Shown: piece by piece, positions 49,251-60,023 of the stretch | Layout of the letters: each line of letters opens with the position of its first letter | Position numbering within the stretch: the stretch's first letter is position 1 | Assembly: GCA_963932905.1 (NCBI GenBank) | Contig: CAWVRN010000002.1 | Span: 32,001-96,000, forward strand | Reading direction: 5' to 3' | DNA length: 64,000 nt | From: an uncultured Bdellovibrio sp. | GTDB lineage: Bacteria; Bdellovibrionota; Bdellovibrionia; Bdellovibrionales; Bdellovibrionaceae | Translations under genes and position numbers: made by a program | The notes under the pieces: model-generated | What the model saw: only the letters and a program-made list of their open reading frames with translations | Database searches by the model: none | Told to the model about the DNA's origin: nothing

Positions 49251-49772
49251 ATGGAAAAAAATCAGCCCAGTTTGCGGCCAAGCTTAATACTGAAAATAGC
49301 GGAAATAGTTTCGACATGGTTTTACGTGGGCAAAATTCGCTTTGCTCCGGGAACGTGGGGGACTTTGGCAACTGTTCCCTTTGTTGTCGCATTCCAATCA
49401 TTTGGATCTATCTTATATATGGTCTGCGCATTCCTCATTCTGCTTGCGGGAATTGTTTTTTCCGATCTCTATGAAAAATCTAAAGGCGATCATGACCTGT
49501 CTGAAATTGTCATTGATGAAGTCGCGGGCTATTTGATCGCGATGACGATGCTGCCGATGACTTGGCAGGCGCTGACGGCCGGGTTCATCATTTTTAGATT
49601 CTTCGACATTTTAAAGCCGTTTCCGATTAGTTGGTTAGATCGAAAAATAAACGGTGGGCTGGGCGTAATGGTAGATGATGTGGCTGCTGGCGTAGTTACA
49701 AATGCCATTCTTCAGTTTTTGTACGCAAATACAGCTTGGTTGGGTGTTCAGCTCATTCAAATCAACACCTGA
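49251..49772 (+). CDS. pgpA: Phosphatidylglycerophosphatase A
   Basis: APGTWGT, IVIDEVAG, FRFFDILKP, DDVAAG. Confidence 0.93.
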   Translation: MEKNQPSLRPSLILKIAEIVSTWFYVGKIRFAPGTWGTLATVPFVVAFQSFGSILYMVCAFLILLAGIVFSDLYEKSKGDHDLSEIVIDEVAGYLIAMTMLPMTWQALTAGFIIFRFFDILKPFPISWLDRKINGGLGVMVDDVAAGVVTNAILQFLYANTAWLGVQLIQINT

Positions 49773-49834
49773 GGGCCGATTGACCGATTTGTGGGCTAGT
49801 TTTTTATGCCTCAAAGCAACAAAGAGATTTTTTT

Positions 49835-50320
49835 ATGGACACATTTACATATAAATTACACACTCTATTTAAGCAACTACGCCGTACCAAATCGGTGATT
49901 GGTTTTGCTGAAAGCTGCACCGGTGGCAAGCTTTCAGCAAAACTGACAGAGAACCCCGGAGTCTCTGACATCTTTATGGGATCGGTAGTTTGTTATGCCA
50001 ATTCGGCGAAGGAAGATATTCTAGGCGTTCTTCGCGATTCAATTGAAAAAGAAGGCGCGGTCAGCGAGACCGTGGCTTTACAAATGGCCAAAGGCGCTCA
50101 ACGAGTTCTTAAAACAACTTGGGCGGCTGCTATTACAGGTATAGCTGGCCCGGACGGAGGAACGAAAACTAAACCTGTCGGCACCGTATGTTTTGGAATC
50201 GTAGGACCGAGCGTTGAATACACGGAAAGAAAGTTGTTTACAGGCTCAAGGGTTCAGATACAAGAACAGTCAGCGGAGCACGCATTAGAACTGTTAAATA
50301 AGCATCTAGAGCGGGTTTAG
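49835..50320 (+). CDS. cinA: CinA C-terminal domain / NMN deamidase PncC
   Basis: AESCTGG, GAVS, TGIAGP.GG..KPVG; pgpA-cinA-recA context. Confidence 0.88.
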   Translation: MDTFTYKLHTLFKQLRRTKSVIGFAESCTGGKLSAKLTENPGVSDIFMGSVVCYANSAKEDILGVLRDSIEKEGAVSETVALQMAKGAQRVLKTTWAAAITGIAGPDGGTKTKPVGTVCFGIVGPSVEYTERKLFTGSRVQIQEQSAEHALELLNKHLERV

Positions 50321-50434
50321 CGGACGCTTTAGAGTGCTAGTAAAGATCGCTAGAACACAACTTTAAACTTAATTTTGGTATTAACTTAAATAACTAAATA
50401 AAAAACTCAAGCGGAGTTAAGGAAAGGCAAGAAC

Positions 50435-51592
50435 ATGGCTACAAATACAGAAAAAGACACAAAAGCTCAGGGCGAAAAACTAAAAGCATTAGAGCTAGCA
50501 GTTTCTTCAATCGAAAAGCAATTCGGCAAAGGTTCAATCATGAGATTGAACGTAAATGAACCTCTACATAAAGATGTAGAAGCTATCAGTACAGGCGCAT
50601 TAAGCCTAGATATCGCTCTTGGTATCGGCGGTCTTCCTAAAGGTCGTATCGTAGAAGTGTACGGACCGGAATCATCGGGTAAAACCACAATCGCATTATC
50701 AACTATCGCTCAAGCTCAGAAAAAAGGCGGCGTGGTTGCCTTTATCGATGCGGAGCATGCATTAGACGTAAATTACGCTCGTAGATTGGGCGTAAACACG
50801 GAAGATCTTTTAATCTCTCAACCAGACACAGGTGAACAAGCTCTTGAAATCGCTGAAACACTAGTGCGTTCTGGCGCGATCGACGTGATCGTAATCGACT
50901 CCGTAGCGGCACTTGTGCCTCGCGCGGAAATCGAAGGTGAAATGGGTGATAGTCACATGGGTCTACAAGCTCGTTTGATGTCACAGGCTCTTAGAAAGTT
51001 AACTGCGGCGATTAGCCGTTCCAATACATTGATGATCTTCATCAACCAAATCCGTATGAAAATCGGTGTTATGTTCGGTAACCCGGAAACAACAACGGGT
51101 GGTAACGCTCTAAAATTCTACGCGTCGGTTCGTATGGATGTACGCCGTGTGGGTGCGATCAAAGACGGTGAAGAAGTGACGGGAAATAGAACGGCCGTTA
51201 AGATTGTGAAAAACAAAATGGCGGCTCCGTTTACTAAAACTGAATTCGATCTAATGTACAATGAAGGTATTTCTGCAGAAGGTGATATCTTGGATCTAGC
51301 GGTAACAGCGAACTTGGTTGAAAAATCAGGCGCATGGTTCAGCTACAAAGGCGAGCGTATGGGACAAGGTCGCGATCAAGCGAAATCGTTCTTGAAAGCT
51401 AATCCACAAATTCAAGCTACATTACGCACACAAATTCTTTCTATGAAAGGTATCGGTCAATTACTAGTTGATGCTGACACAAAAGCAGCGGCAACCGTTG
51501 AAGAAGCAGAAGAAACTCCGGAAGTTGAAATCACAACAGCGGATAAAGAGGCTGCTAAAGATGCAAAAAACAAAAAGAAAGCAAAACACTAA
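50435..51592 (+). CDS. recA: Recombinase RecA
   Basis: [32 protein letters not shown]. Confidence 0.99.
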   Translation: MATNTEKDTKAQGEKLKALELAVSSIEKQFGKGSIMRLNVNEPLHKDVEAISTGALSLDIALGIGGLPKGRIVEVYGPESSGKTTIALSTIAQAQKKGGVVAFIDAEHALDVNYARRLGVNTEDLLISQPDTGEQALEIAETLVRSGAIDVIVIDSVAALVPRAEIEGEMGDSHMGLQARLMSQALRKLTAAISRSNTLMIFINQIRMKIGVMFGNPETTTGGNALKFYASVRMDVRRVGAIKDGEEVTGNRTAVKIVKNKMAAPFTKTEFDLMYNEGISAEGDILDLAVTANLVEKSGAWFSYKGERMGQGRDQAKSFLKANPQIQATLRTQILSMKGIGQLLVDADTKAAATVEEAEETPEVEITTADKEAAKDAKNKKKAKH

Positions 51593-51631
51593 TTAAGATT
51601 CCTTAATGGTGATGCATAAAATGTTTTAATT

Positions 51632-51660
51632 AAAAGAGGAACCGCGGTTCCTCTTTTTTT
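51632..51660 (+). terminator. Intrinsic terminator after recA
   Basis: AAAAGAGGAACCGCGGTTCCTCTTTTTTT. Confidence 0.88.
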
Positions 51661-51749
51661 ATGGTTAAAACTCACTGGACCTAAATAGAGACGAGACCAC
51701 AGATTGATGCCCTGACCATTTTTTTAGTAGTAGGCTAGAATGATAGAAA

Positions 51750-52934
51750 ATGGAAAAGTCACTACTACATCATCACCCTTATTTTGATCGTCATGAGAAG
51801 CAATTTAACAATTCTGTTTGGGATTTGGTTCGCAAAGCCAATGACGAGAAAAAAACAAAAGTCGCATTTTATCAATCGTTGAACTACATCAACAGCGATT
51901 CACATTACAATGAATCACTTTTGGAGTCTAAATCGCTGCGGGTGATGCAAGGGGGACGTCCTGTTGATATCATCTGGGATGATAGCAAAATATTTTTTGA
52001 AACAACGTTACTGAATTACAAAGATGGAACGGAACTCGCTTCCTTGCGTAAGCTCAGTGAGTTTAGTTTTTTTGATTTAAAATTGGTTCAGCTAAAAATT
52101 CGTAATGATAAAATTATTCTTAAATATGAAGATCAGTGGGAAGCTATGGACCCGTACAAGTTTTTCGATATAATGGAAGATTTGTGTAATTTTGGCGACT
52201 TTTTAGAATCCTACATGGTTAAGAAATTCAAATTTGAGAGTCCTAATCAAGCGGCTCGTACGCCAGAGTCGGATAAGCGAATCGATGCTGCATGGTCATT
52301 ATTTCAGCAGCTCAGCTTAGAAACGAAAGAGTACCTAAACGATTTCGAGAAAAAGCGATACCGCGACACGTGCGTTGAGGTTTTTTGGAATTATCTGCAA
52401 AAAATAGATTATATTTTTTCGCCGCGTGGCTATCTAAAACTTGAACTTAAAAGTGCATACACCGATTTAAACCCAAATACCGGTTTTGAAACCATGTACG
52501 CGAAAATTTTCACTAATTTTAAAAAAATTAGCGAAATTACTAAAGAGAACTTTCAATCTAGTTTCTACAAAGAGCCGTCGTTTATGCCAGCACGTCGGGT
52601 GGCCTATGTCGAGCGAACTAAACTGCATTTCGATGACTATTTAAAAAATGCATTTCAGTATCGCAACAAACAGGACTACATTTTGGCCTCGTTGTATTTA
52701 AACACTGCGATTTATTCCTTTTTAAATCGTTATTTTTGTGAGCCGGAGCTTGCGACTTATTTAAGAAATTTATTAGTCAGGGCTTCTGGTGTCAGCTGGA
52801 AAACGGCGTCTGAACGTCTGTACACGGGATTAGAAAAATACTTGATCAATCAGAACTTAATTTATCATGAAGCCGTCAATTTCGAGAGTGCGCTGAATAT
52901 TGTTATCGGCTGGTTTAAAAGGATTTCACGCTGA
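51750..52934 (+). CDS. Hypothetical protein (possible YbjN/CesT-like domain plus helical domain)
   Basis: 394-aa ORF; stop/start (TGATG) coupled to the downstream protease. Confidence 0.65.
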   Translation: MEKSLLHHHPYFDRHEKQFNNSVWDLVRKANDEKKTKVAFYQSLNYINSDSHYNESLLESKSLRVMQGGRPVDIIWDDSKIFFETTLLNYKDGTELASLRKLSEFSFFDLKLVQLKIRNDKIILKYEDQWEAMDPYKFFDIMEDLCNFGDFLESYMVKKFKFESPNQAARTPESDKRIDAAWSLFQQLSLETKEYLNDFEKKRYRDTCVEVFWNYLQKIDYIFSPRGYLKLELKSAYTDLNPNTGFETMYAKIFTNFKKISEITKENFQSSFYKEPSFMPARRVAYVERTKLHFDDYLKNAFQYRNKQDYILASLYLNTAIYSFLNRYFCEPELATYLRNLLVRASGVSWKTASERLYTGLEKYLINQNLIYHEAVNFESALNIVIGWFKRISR

Positions 52935-54028
52935 TGGTAAATTTTGAATCATTTAAAAAAAGTGTCTATAAAGTTTTGACTCCGGAATCGACGGGCAGTG
53001 GTTTTCAATTGCAGGGAGTCGATTTAGTCATCACGAATTATCATGTGATCGAAGGCCTACGTGACGTCGCCTTGGAATCCTATGATAACCGTCGAGTGAA
53101 AGCCAAAGTTCTGCTGGCTAATCCTAGAAAAGATATCGCGTTGCTGAAATTAGAGCGTCCTTTGTCTGAAGGTGGATTAGACTCAAATCCAGCTGTTATG
53201 GTTTTAGATCGCGACAGTGTGGTGGCGATTGGTTATCCACTAGGAATGAACTGTACGTTCACTCAAGGTATTGTATCGAATTCGCAGCATCGTATTCAGG
53301 ATTTAGCTTATATCCAAGTGGATGCAGCTATTAATCCTGGTAACAGCGGTGGCCCATTGTTAAATCAAAACGGGCAAGTCGTTGGAATTAATTCTAGAAA
53401 AATTCAGGAAGCAGAAAATATTGGTTTTTCAATCCCAATTAAGTTTGCGTTTGAAGATTTGGAAAAGTGGAAAACACTGAATGGCACCGAATACACAGTG
53501 CTATGTACATCTTGTGAAAACCCACTGCTAACACCAAGCGAGCATTGTCCTCACTGCGGTTTTCAAGTGGATTCCGAGAAGTATTTTAGAACTGTTGAAA
53601 TTGATCGCATGGCGATTCAAGTGGAGTCTTTGATTGCACACTCTGGCCATGATCCTATCACGCTACGTTCTGGCAAAAGTTATTGGGAACTAGTCAGTGG
53701 CAACGATGTCGTTCGAATGTTTTTTTATTCTCAGGACTATTTCTATGCGGCAAGCCCACTGGTTCAGTTACCTAAACAGAATATTGAACGTGTGATGAAA
53801 TTCATCAACTCTGAACATCAGTTTCCATTCTATCTGGGTATCGACAAGACTAAAATTTTTTATTCGTTTAGAAAACACTCTTCAGATTTGGTTCTTGAGG
53901 GGCATTTCAATTTAATAAAAGCTCAGTTCAAACGCTACATCGAGGAAGTGAAAGCTCTAGAAGATCTGTTGATCAAAGAATATGACTGTACCCCGTTTGA
54001 GAGCCTTCAGGCGAAGATTTCATCTTAG
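52934..54028 (+). CDS. Cytoplasmic trypsin-like serine protease with double zinc ribbon and YbjN-like C-terminal domain
   Basis: GSGF, TNYHV, DIALL, INPGNSGGP triad motifs; CTSC..CPHC; no signal peptide or PDZ domain. Confidence 0.8.
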   Translation: MVNFESFKKSVYKVLTPESTGSGFQLQGVDLVITNYHVIEGLRDVALESYDNRRVKAKVLLANPRKDIALLKLERPLSEGGLDSNPAVMVLDRDSVVAIGYPLGMNCTFTQGIVSNSQHRIQDLAYIQVDAAINPGNSGGPLLNQNGQVVGINSRKIQEAENIGFSIPIKFAFEDLEKWKTLNGTEYTVLCTSCENPLLTPSEHCPHCGFQVDSEKYFRTVEIDRMAIQVESLIAHSGHDPITLRSGKSYWELVSGNDVVRMFFYSQDYFYAASPLVQLPKQNIERVMKFINSEHQFPFYLGIDKTKIFYSFRKHSSDLVLEGHFNLIKAQFKRYIEEVKALEDLLIKEYDCTPFESLQAKISS

Positions 54029-54158
54029 GTATTTTTCTCTTGTGAACAAAGAAATGACCATTGAGAAGAAGGTTTAAAACTTTAAGACACGAACTGCGCC
54101 AAGCTTCCCGCAATGACAAAAGAAATCAAAAAATAAAAAGAAGCTTCATCACCATATC

Positions 54159-54644
54159 CTATTTAGCTAGTAAGTTAGCGATGTCTTTTTCAATATCCTT
54201 AGGTTCTGTGTTTGGCGCGTATCTTTGAACTACGTTGCCATTTTTATCGACTAGGAATTTTGTAAAGTTCCATTTAATCATTTCAGTACCCAGGATACCC
54301 GGTGCTTTTTCTTTCAGGAAACGATAAACAGGCGATGCGTTGTCGCCATTCACATCTACCTTGGCCATAACTGGGAACGTCACATCGTACGTCATTTTAC
54401 AGAATGTTTGAATATCATCATTCGTGCCAGGTTCTTGAAAGCCAAATTGGTTGCAAGGGAAGCCTACAATCGTAAAATTTTTGTCTTTAAACTTTTTGTA
54501 AAGTTCTTCTAGGCCCGCGTACTGGGGCGTAAAGCCACATTTACTAGCAACATTTACGACCAAAACGACATTACCTTTAAAAGTTGATAAGGGAACGTCG
54601 GCATTTTTCTCGTTTTTCACACTGAAATCATAGAATGAACTCAT
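54159..54644 (-). CDS. Glutathione peroxidase (Cys type)
   Basis: NVASKCG, GFPCNQF, WNFTKFL. Confidence 0.93.
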   Translation of the reverse strand: MSSFYDFSVKNEKNADVPLSTFKGNVVLVVNVASKCGFTPQYAGLEELYKKFKDKNFTIVGFPCNQFGFQEPGTNDDIQTFCKMTYDVTFPVMAKVDVNGDNASPVYRFLKEKAPGILGTEMIKWNFTKFLVDKNGNVVQRYAPNTEPKDIEKDIANLLAK

Positions 54645-54789
54645 AATAAAGACTCCTGAACTAATCGTTGGTTGCCTATTAAGGGTAACGATTCAGATAA
54701 CCTTAAGCAAGTCGATGTCACTTGGATTTTGGCACTGAGTCTTTAAATGAAGGTTTTCAAAACAGAGACTTTATTTTAAAGTAAGTCAT

Positions 54790-55443
54790 ATGAAAAAAAT
54801 TGCAGTTTTATATGCGGGTTGTGGTCATAAAGATGGTGCCGAGGTGACAGAGGTCGTTAGCCTTTTAGCTAACCTGGATAAGGCGGGTGCTAAGGTAACA
54901 TGTTTTTCATTGGATAAAAATGTACCAGTGACAAATCATCTAACTCAGACAACCAGTAAGACAGAGACTCGAAATATGCTAGCCGAAGCCGCGCGCATTA
55001 GTCGCGGGCAAATTCAAGAATTGAACTCGCTGGTAGTTAGCGATTTTGATGCGTTGGTCATCGGTGGTGGTTTTGGCGTTGCCTTACATTTCTGTACCTG
55101 GGCTGAAAGGGGAATGGCCTGCACGGTGGAACCCGATGTTGATCGTGTGATTAAAGAATTTCATAGCGAGCAAAAACCAATTGGGGCTGTTTGCATTTCT
55201 CCTATACTGTTGGCTAAATGTCTTGCCGGCAAAGGAATCACTATTACTTTGGGGCCAAAATCGGATAAATTTAATGAATTAAAGCGTTGGGATGTCGAAG
55301 TTGTAGAATGCCCGGTTGAAGATTTCATTACAGATCGTGATAACAAGATCATCACGTCGCCAGCATTCATGCATGATACCACATTCGGACCTGTTTTTAC
55401 TGGTATCAGTCGCATGGTAAAAGAGTTAGTAGAAATGGCTTAA
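54790..55443 (+). CDS. elbB: ElbB-like glyoxalase (DJ-1/PfpI family)
   Basis: GCGHKDGAE, EAARISRG, GGFG, CISP, TSPAFM. Confidence 0.88.
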   Translation: MKKIAVLYAGCGHKDGAEVTEVVSLLANLDKAGAKVTCFSLDKNVPVTNHLTQTTSKTETRNMLAEAARISRGQIQELNSLVVSDFDALVIGGGFGVALHFCTWAERGMACTVEPDVDRVIKEFHSEQKPIGAVCISPILLAKCLAGKGITITLGPKSDKFNELKRWDVEVVECPVEDFITDRDNKIITSPAFMHDTTFGPVFTGISRMVKELVEMA

Positions 55444-55457
55444 GCGTAAGGAAAATT

Positions 55458-56489
55458 ATGAGTTCAATTAAAGTAGCATTAATTTTTGGTGGCACATCTA
55501 ACGAAAGATTAGTTTCCGTAGCGTCAGCACAAAACGTAGTTAATTATTTTCAAAATCCTGATATTTATTTTATCAATCCGCAAGGGCAGTGGTTCACTGT
55601 AACAAAAGATGAATTATTAAATCATAAGAATCCATTCGTGCAGGAGTTTCAACCCAAGTCGGCGATGGTGGCGAATGATTTAACAGGAACATTAAGTTTG
55701 CTGAAAGGAAAAGTCAGTTTCCTAGCGCTGCATGGAACCGCTGGCGAAGATGGTACTTACCAAGACTTTTTTGAGAAACATCAACTGGCCTACACGGGAT
55801 CTGGCGCTAAAGCCAGTCGCCTTTGCTTTAACAAAGCGAGAACAAAAGAAGCGGCTCGTGCTCAGAAAATGTCATTAGCCAGTGAATTGTTAGTGCATTT
55901 TGACTCCGTGGAATCGGTTAATAAATTGAAGAAATTTTTTGCTGATAAAAAGAAGGTTGTTTTAAAACCAAATGCGAACGGGTCTAGCTTTGGATTATTT
56001 ATTGTTTCCAGTGAATCTGAACTAGAAAATGCGATTAACCAAATCACAAAATCAAACGAACACGAATATATCTGTGAAGAGTTTATCACGGGCCGCGAGA
56101 TGACGGTCGGTGTTTGGGAAAAACAAGATGGAATGGTGCCGTTAGCCCCAAGTGAAGTGCTTTTAGAGGCCGGTGCTAGCTTTGATTACCAAGGTAAGTA
56201 CCTAGGTCGAGGTAGCAAAGAAATCACACCCGCTGATCTTAATTCAGTTCAGAAAAAAGCGTGTCAAGATCTAGCGTTACAGGCTCATAAAGGCTTTGGT
56301 TGTTTGGGTTATTCGCGCACGGATATGATCTTAACCGCCAACGGTCCGGTGTTTATTGAAACGAATACGTTACCGGGAATGACGAAGGCTTCATTTATCC
56401 CGCAGCAATTAGCAGCTGATAATATTCCATTTCAAACCTTTATTGATGAGTTACTTAAGTCGGGTCTTTCTAGGTATCAGAAAGTCTAG
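55458..56489 (+). CDS. ddl: D-alanine--D-alanine ligase
   Basis: FGGTSNER, LHGTAGEDG, GSSFG, FDYQGKY, ETNTLPGMT. Confidence 0.9.
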   Translation: MSSIKVALIFGGTSNERLVSVASAQNVVNYFQNPDIYFINPQGQWFTVTKDELLNHKNPFVQEFQPKSAMVANDLTGTLSLLKGKVSFLALHGTAGEDGTYQDFFEKHQLAYTGSGAKASRLCFNKARTKEAARAQKMSLASELLVHFDSVESVNKLKKFFADKKKVVLKPNANGSSFGLFIVSSESELENAINQITKSNEHEYICEEFITGREMTVGVWEKQDGMVPLAPSEVLLEAGASFDYQGKYLGRGSKEITPADLNSVQKKACQDLALQAHKGFGCLGYSRTDMILTANGPVFIETNTLPGMTKASFIPQQLAADNIPFQTFIDELLKSGLSRYQKV

Positions 56490-56497
56490 AAAAACTT

Positions 56498-56513
56498 CGG
56501 CATTGGTTTTGCT
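56498..56513 (+). promoter_or_regulatory. Candidate sigma-54 promoter
   Basis: CGGCATTGGTTTTGCT (GG-N10-GC) upstream of the small zinc-ribbon ORF. Confidence 0.45.
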
Positions 56514-56603
56514 TTAACTAGTTTCAACACTTGAGTTGTCTGAATTTTAGGAATCATAAAATTCTTCGACAGCATAAAATGGATTTTACAAAGTGGGGAA
56601 GCA

Positions 56604-56810
56604 GTGGAAGCAAAGAAGTTAAGATATTTCGAAAATATTAATCACCCGGTTCATTCCGAGTTTATTAAATCACAAAATCATTGTGTGCTCTGTGATACAG
56701 AACTAGAGATCAATCACGTTGCCAGTGATGATTCTAAGACGATCAAAGAAGAGGCGTTCTGTCCTCAATGCACTTTGAAAACTAGAAACAAAATTTACCT
56801 GCTTAATTAG
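56604..56810 (+). CDS. Small putative zinc-ribbon protein
   Basis: CVLC..CPQC; GGGGA RBS before GTG. Confidence 0.65.
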   Translation: MEAKKLRYFENINHPVHSEFIKSQNHCVLCDTELEINHVASDDSKTIKEEAFCPQCTLKTRNKIYLLN

Positions 56811-57037
56811 AATTGCTCGCGTAAGCCAATTGCTGTCCTCGCGTCCTCTGGTTCTGTTCTTGTAAAAAATGGTCTGTAGACAGACTAAGGACCGCTATTT
56901 TCTTGAGCACGCTGAACGACATAATTTTGACAATACTGTCAGGATTTGAACTTTCCATAAGTTTAGTCAGTATCGTAAGTCTGGATATCAATTCAATGTC
57001 GCTTGTACGGTTTTAAAAAATCATCAATAATTAATCA

Positions 57038-57520
57038 ATGCTAGTTTCATTTCTTGATAGCGTGAAATATGTTGGGCATCTTGTTCCGATTTCTTTCTTG
57101 CGAATATTTTTAGGTTATTACTATTTGCAATCAGCGATGATGAAATACACGTCTGATTTTCTAAATAAGCCGAAAATTGCAGAAACTATTTCTGAGTTTC
57201 TACCATTGAGCCAAGCTCCGGAGTGGTACAAAGTTATTGTGACGGCCCAAATGATTCCGCAATGGCAAATTCTTGCATTTTTAATAACTGGCTTTGAATT
57301 CGCAATCGCAATTTCGTATTTAATTGGCTACGTTGTTAGACCGGTCGCAGTGCTTGGTGTTTTGCTTTCTTTGAATATGATTTTCATCATGGGACCGGCA
57401 TACGAGGATTTGAATAAAACGTTTTTAGCTTTACATTTTGTAATGGCATGGATCGGGGCGGGACGCTGCTTAGGTATCGATTACTATTTTTATAAACGTC
57501 GCCGTGGATTGTGGTGGTAG
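57038..57520 (+). CDS. DoxX-family membrane protein
   Basis: LRIFLG, four hydrophobic segments, AGRCLGID. Confidence 0.8.
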   Translation: MLVSFLDSVKYVGHLVPISFLRIFLGYYYLQSAMMKYTSDFLNKPKIAETISEFLPLSQAPEWYKVIVTAQMIPQWQILAFLITGFEFAIAISYLIGYVVRPVAVLGVLLSLNMIFIMGPAYEDLNKTFLALHFVMAWIGAGRCLGIDYYFYKRRRGLWW

Positions 57521-58561
57521 ATGCAGCATTTTATAATTTTCATATTTAGTATTTTCTTTGTATTAGTGCTGAGCTTTTTCAATCGCAAAACGGTAGTAGA
57601 TGAAGCGCAAAAGACTTTGCGTGTGTATGGTTATTCCTCGTTTACCTCTAAACTGGGGCCTGGTTTTGAGCTAAAAAAGAAGTTTGAATCGATTTGTAAT
57701 TGCAAAGTAGAATTCGTTGAGGCCGCAGATTCGGGTGTATTGTTGCAAAGAATTAAATTGGAAGGTGCAACTTTAGGGGCCGATTTAGTTATCGGTTTGG
57801 ATCAGTATGATTTGCAAAAAGCGTTATCTGAAATCAATTGGCGTAAACTAGATTTCTCGCAATTAGATATCGACGAAATTATCAGACCCGCACTGTCTAA
57901 TAGTTATTTTGTTCCCTTTGACTGGGGGGTTATTGCTTTTGTGGGTCGTAAAGAAGATCCACTCCCCGCACCGAAATCGCTGAAAGATTTAACAAAGTCG
58001 ATCTATAAAAATAAAATTGCATTGATGGATCCAAGAACGTCGTCTCCGGGCATGCAGTTTTTAAGCTGGGTATACGATTCAATGGGCAAAGATGAAGGCG
58101 AAAAATATTTAGAGCAAATAATGAATCAAGCTCATAGTTTTTCTCCGTCTTGGTCAACTGCGTACGGTTTTTTCTCGAAACGGCAAGTCAGCTATGTTCT
58201 GTCGTATTTAACGTCGCCTCTGTACCATCAATTAATAGAGCATAATAATTCTATCGAAGCTTTTACATTTACCGAAAAACATCCTATTCAATTTGAATTT
58301 GCTGGTATACCTTTGGACTGCAAAGAATGCAGTTTGGCCGAAGAATTTATAAATTTGATGCTATCAGATGAGGGACAGAAAATAATCATGAATAAAAACT
58401 TCATGTTTCCAGTCATTAAATCCGCTCTAGTGGGGACTCCGTTTGAACCTCTGGCGAAATTTAATCATTTAGCACAGTTCAAAATCCCGTCGGTCTCTGA
58501 TGTCGATTTTTTAATAAAATCGTGGACGTCAATACGACGGGGCGAAAAAAATGCAAAATAG
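57521..58561 (+). CDS. thiB: Thiamine ABC transporter substrate-binding protein
   Basis: VYGYSSF, ADLVIGLD, DPRTSSPG, WSTAY, LSYLTSP, NFMFPV. Confidence 0.85.
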   Translation: MQHFIIFIFSIFFVLVLSFFNRKTVVDEAQKTLRVYGYSSFTSKLGPGFELKKKFESICNCKVEFVEAADSGVLLQRIKLEGATLGADLVIGLDQYDLQKALSEINWRKLDFSQLDIDEIIRPALSNSYFVPFDWGVIAFVGRKEDPLPAPKSLKDLTKSIYKNKIALMDPRTSSPGMQFLSWVYDSMGKDEGEKYLEQIMNQAHSFSPSWSTAYGFFSKRQVSYVLSYLTSPLYHQLIEHNNSIEAFTFTEKHPIQFEFAGIPLDCKECSLAEEFINLMLSDEGQKIIMNKNFMFPVIKSALVGTPFEPLAKFNHLAQFKIPSVSDVDFLIKSWTSIRRGEKNAK

Positions 58562-60023
58562 AAATCCTATAAAGACCTTTTCGCAAGGTGTGCTGACCTT
58601 TTTTTTGCTGTGTCCTTTTTTGGTTCTATTCTTTCATTTTCAGATATCCACACGTTGGGATTGGAATGAGTTCTGGTGGGCCCTTAGAAATTCAATCTGG
58701 CAAGGGTTGTGGTCAGCTTTGTTATCAACGTGCGGTGGTATGGCTTTGGCTTCTGGGCTGATCTTTTGCGAGAATCGTTTTTCTCGCTGGGTAAACTTCA
58801 ATGTCTTTTTCTTGTTACCAAATTTTTTACCAAACCTGTTTATTTTAATTGGCCTGATGAGCTTAATAGATCCATTTCCTATGGGTTCTATTGGGGTTGT
58901 GATCGTACATGCCTTTATTAATTTTGGATTATGTGGAGTTATCCTTAAAGAAGTTATCAAAACTAAACTTTCAAAATTATCAGATGTGGCATTTATTTTG
59001 GGCGCTGGTCGTTTACATTTCTATTCAAAAGTGTTGTGGCCATTGATTCGTAAAGACATTCTGCAAGTTTTCTTTTTGGTGTTCGTGACGGCGTTTAGTA
59101 GTTTTGCCATTCCCCTGGTTGTCGGCGGCGGCAAAGGTATCAATCTTGAAATTCTTATTTTTGAAAAAATGAAAATATACAATGATTGGAGTACCGCCGT
59201 ATTGATTTCGGGTATTCAGTCGTTGTTGTTATTTGCCTTTTCTTTGATGAATTTCAATGCCAACACGGTAGTCGATGTGAATCCACATTTGCAAAGTCGA
59301 TTTCTGGAATCACGATTAAGTTTTTATGTGTTTTCATTTCTATATTTGGTATTTTTCTATTCGTATTTCAGTGGAGTTTGGGAAGGCATCAGTAGTTGGG
59401 TCGATTTTGAATTGTATGCAGAAGAAATCGTAACTGGTGTTTTTGGAACTCTGGCTATCTCGATCGGTGTAGGTTGCGCGATCTTTGCGTTACTGATGTT
59501 GATCACGCGATTGCATCAAACCAACTGGTTTCACCGCTTCCTAAACGGTTACATTGCGCCTAGCACGGCGCTAGTGGGTTTTGCATTTATGGTGGTTGGA
59601 CCTAATACATCGTCGTTTGTTTTGCTAAAAATCGTTCTTGGTTTGGCTTTAAGTTATGTGATCTATCTTTATAAAATGGGATACGGAAATTATTTGATTG
59701 AGCTTGGCCGTTATAAGGAGAAGGCGGAACTGCTAGGTGCTAGCGAGAATCAGATTTTTTGGAAAATTTTATTTCCGCTAACTTATAAACGTATGTTTTT
59801 ATATTCGGGCATAGCTGCTTTCTGGGCGACGGGAGATTACGGAATTTCCAAAATGATCGCTAACCGCGATATTTCGCTCGCTTTGTTGTCGGAAACATTT
59901 TTAAGTCATTATCGAATTGGATTCTCTTCTTTGCTGTCGTTTATTTTGTTAGTATTGGGTCTTTTGGTTTTCTTAGCTTTTCGTGGAGTGCAAATTGTCA
60001 TTAGTCGAAAAATTAATTATTGA
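58551..60023 (+). CDS. thiP: ABC transporter permease (ThiP-like)
   Basis: Duplicated permease domains with EAA-like loops; operon context. Confidence 0.75.
   Translation: MQNRNPIKTFSQGVLTFFLLCPFLVLFFHFQISTRWDWNEFWWALRNSIWQGLWSALLSTCGGMALASGLIFCENRFSRWVNFNVFFLLPNFLPNLFILIGLMSLIDPFPMGSIGVVIVHAFINFGLCGVILKEVIKTKLSKLSDVAFILGAGRLHFYSKVLWPLIRKDILQVFFLVFVTAFSSFAIPLVVGGGKGINLEILIFEKMKIYNDWSTAVLISGIQSLLLFAFSLMNFNANTVVDVNPHLQSRFLESRLSFYVFSFLYLVFFYSYFSGVWEGISSWVDFELYAEEIVTGVFGTLAISIGVGCAIFALLMLITRLHQTNWFHRFLNGYIAPSTALVGFAFMVVGPNTSSFVLLKIVLGLALSYVIYLYKMGYGNYLIELGRYKEKAELLGASENQIFWKILFPLTYKRMFLYSGIAAFWATGDYGISKMIANRDISLALLSETFLSHYRIGFSSLLSFILLVLGLLVFLAFRGVQIVISRKINY

Noticed and set aside
49835..50320. 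cinA/pncC as part of the NrtR regulon
   Set aside because: It sits in the ordinary pgpA-cinA-recA context, and I saw no copy of the operator palindrome upstream.
54083..54155. Phase-variable microprotein downstream of the glutathione peroxidase
   Set aside because: The frame stops after 9 codons; restoring it needs a hypothetical extra T, and there is no other support.
54159..54644. Selenocysteine glutathione peroxidase
   Set aside because: The active-site codon encodes Cys; no in-frame TGA.
56811..57520. TPP riboswitch upstream of the thiB-thiP-thiQ-like genes
   Set aside because: No CTGAGA...ACCTG core visible; thiB directly follows the DoxX gene. An Infernal search would be decisive.
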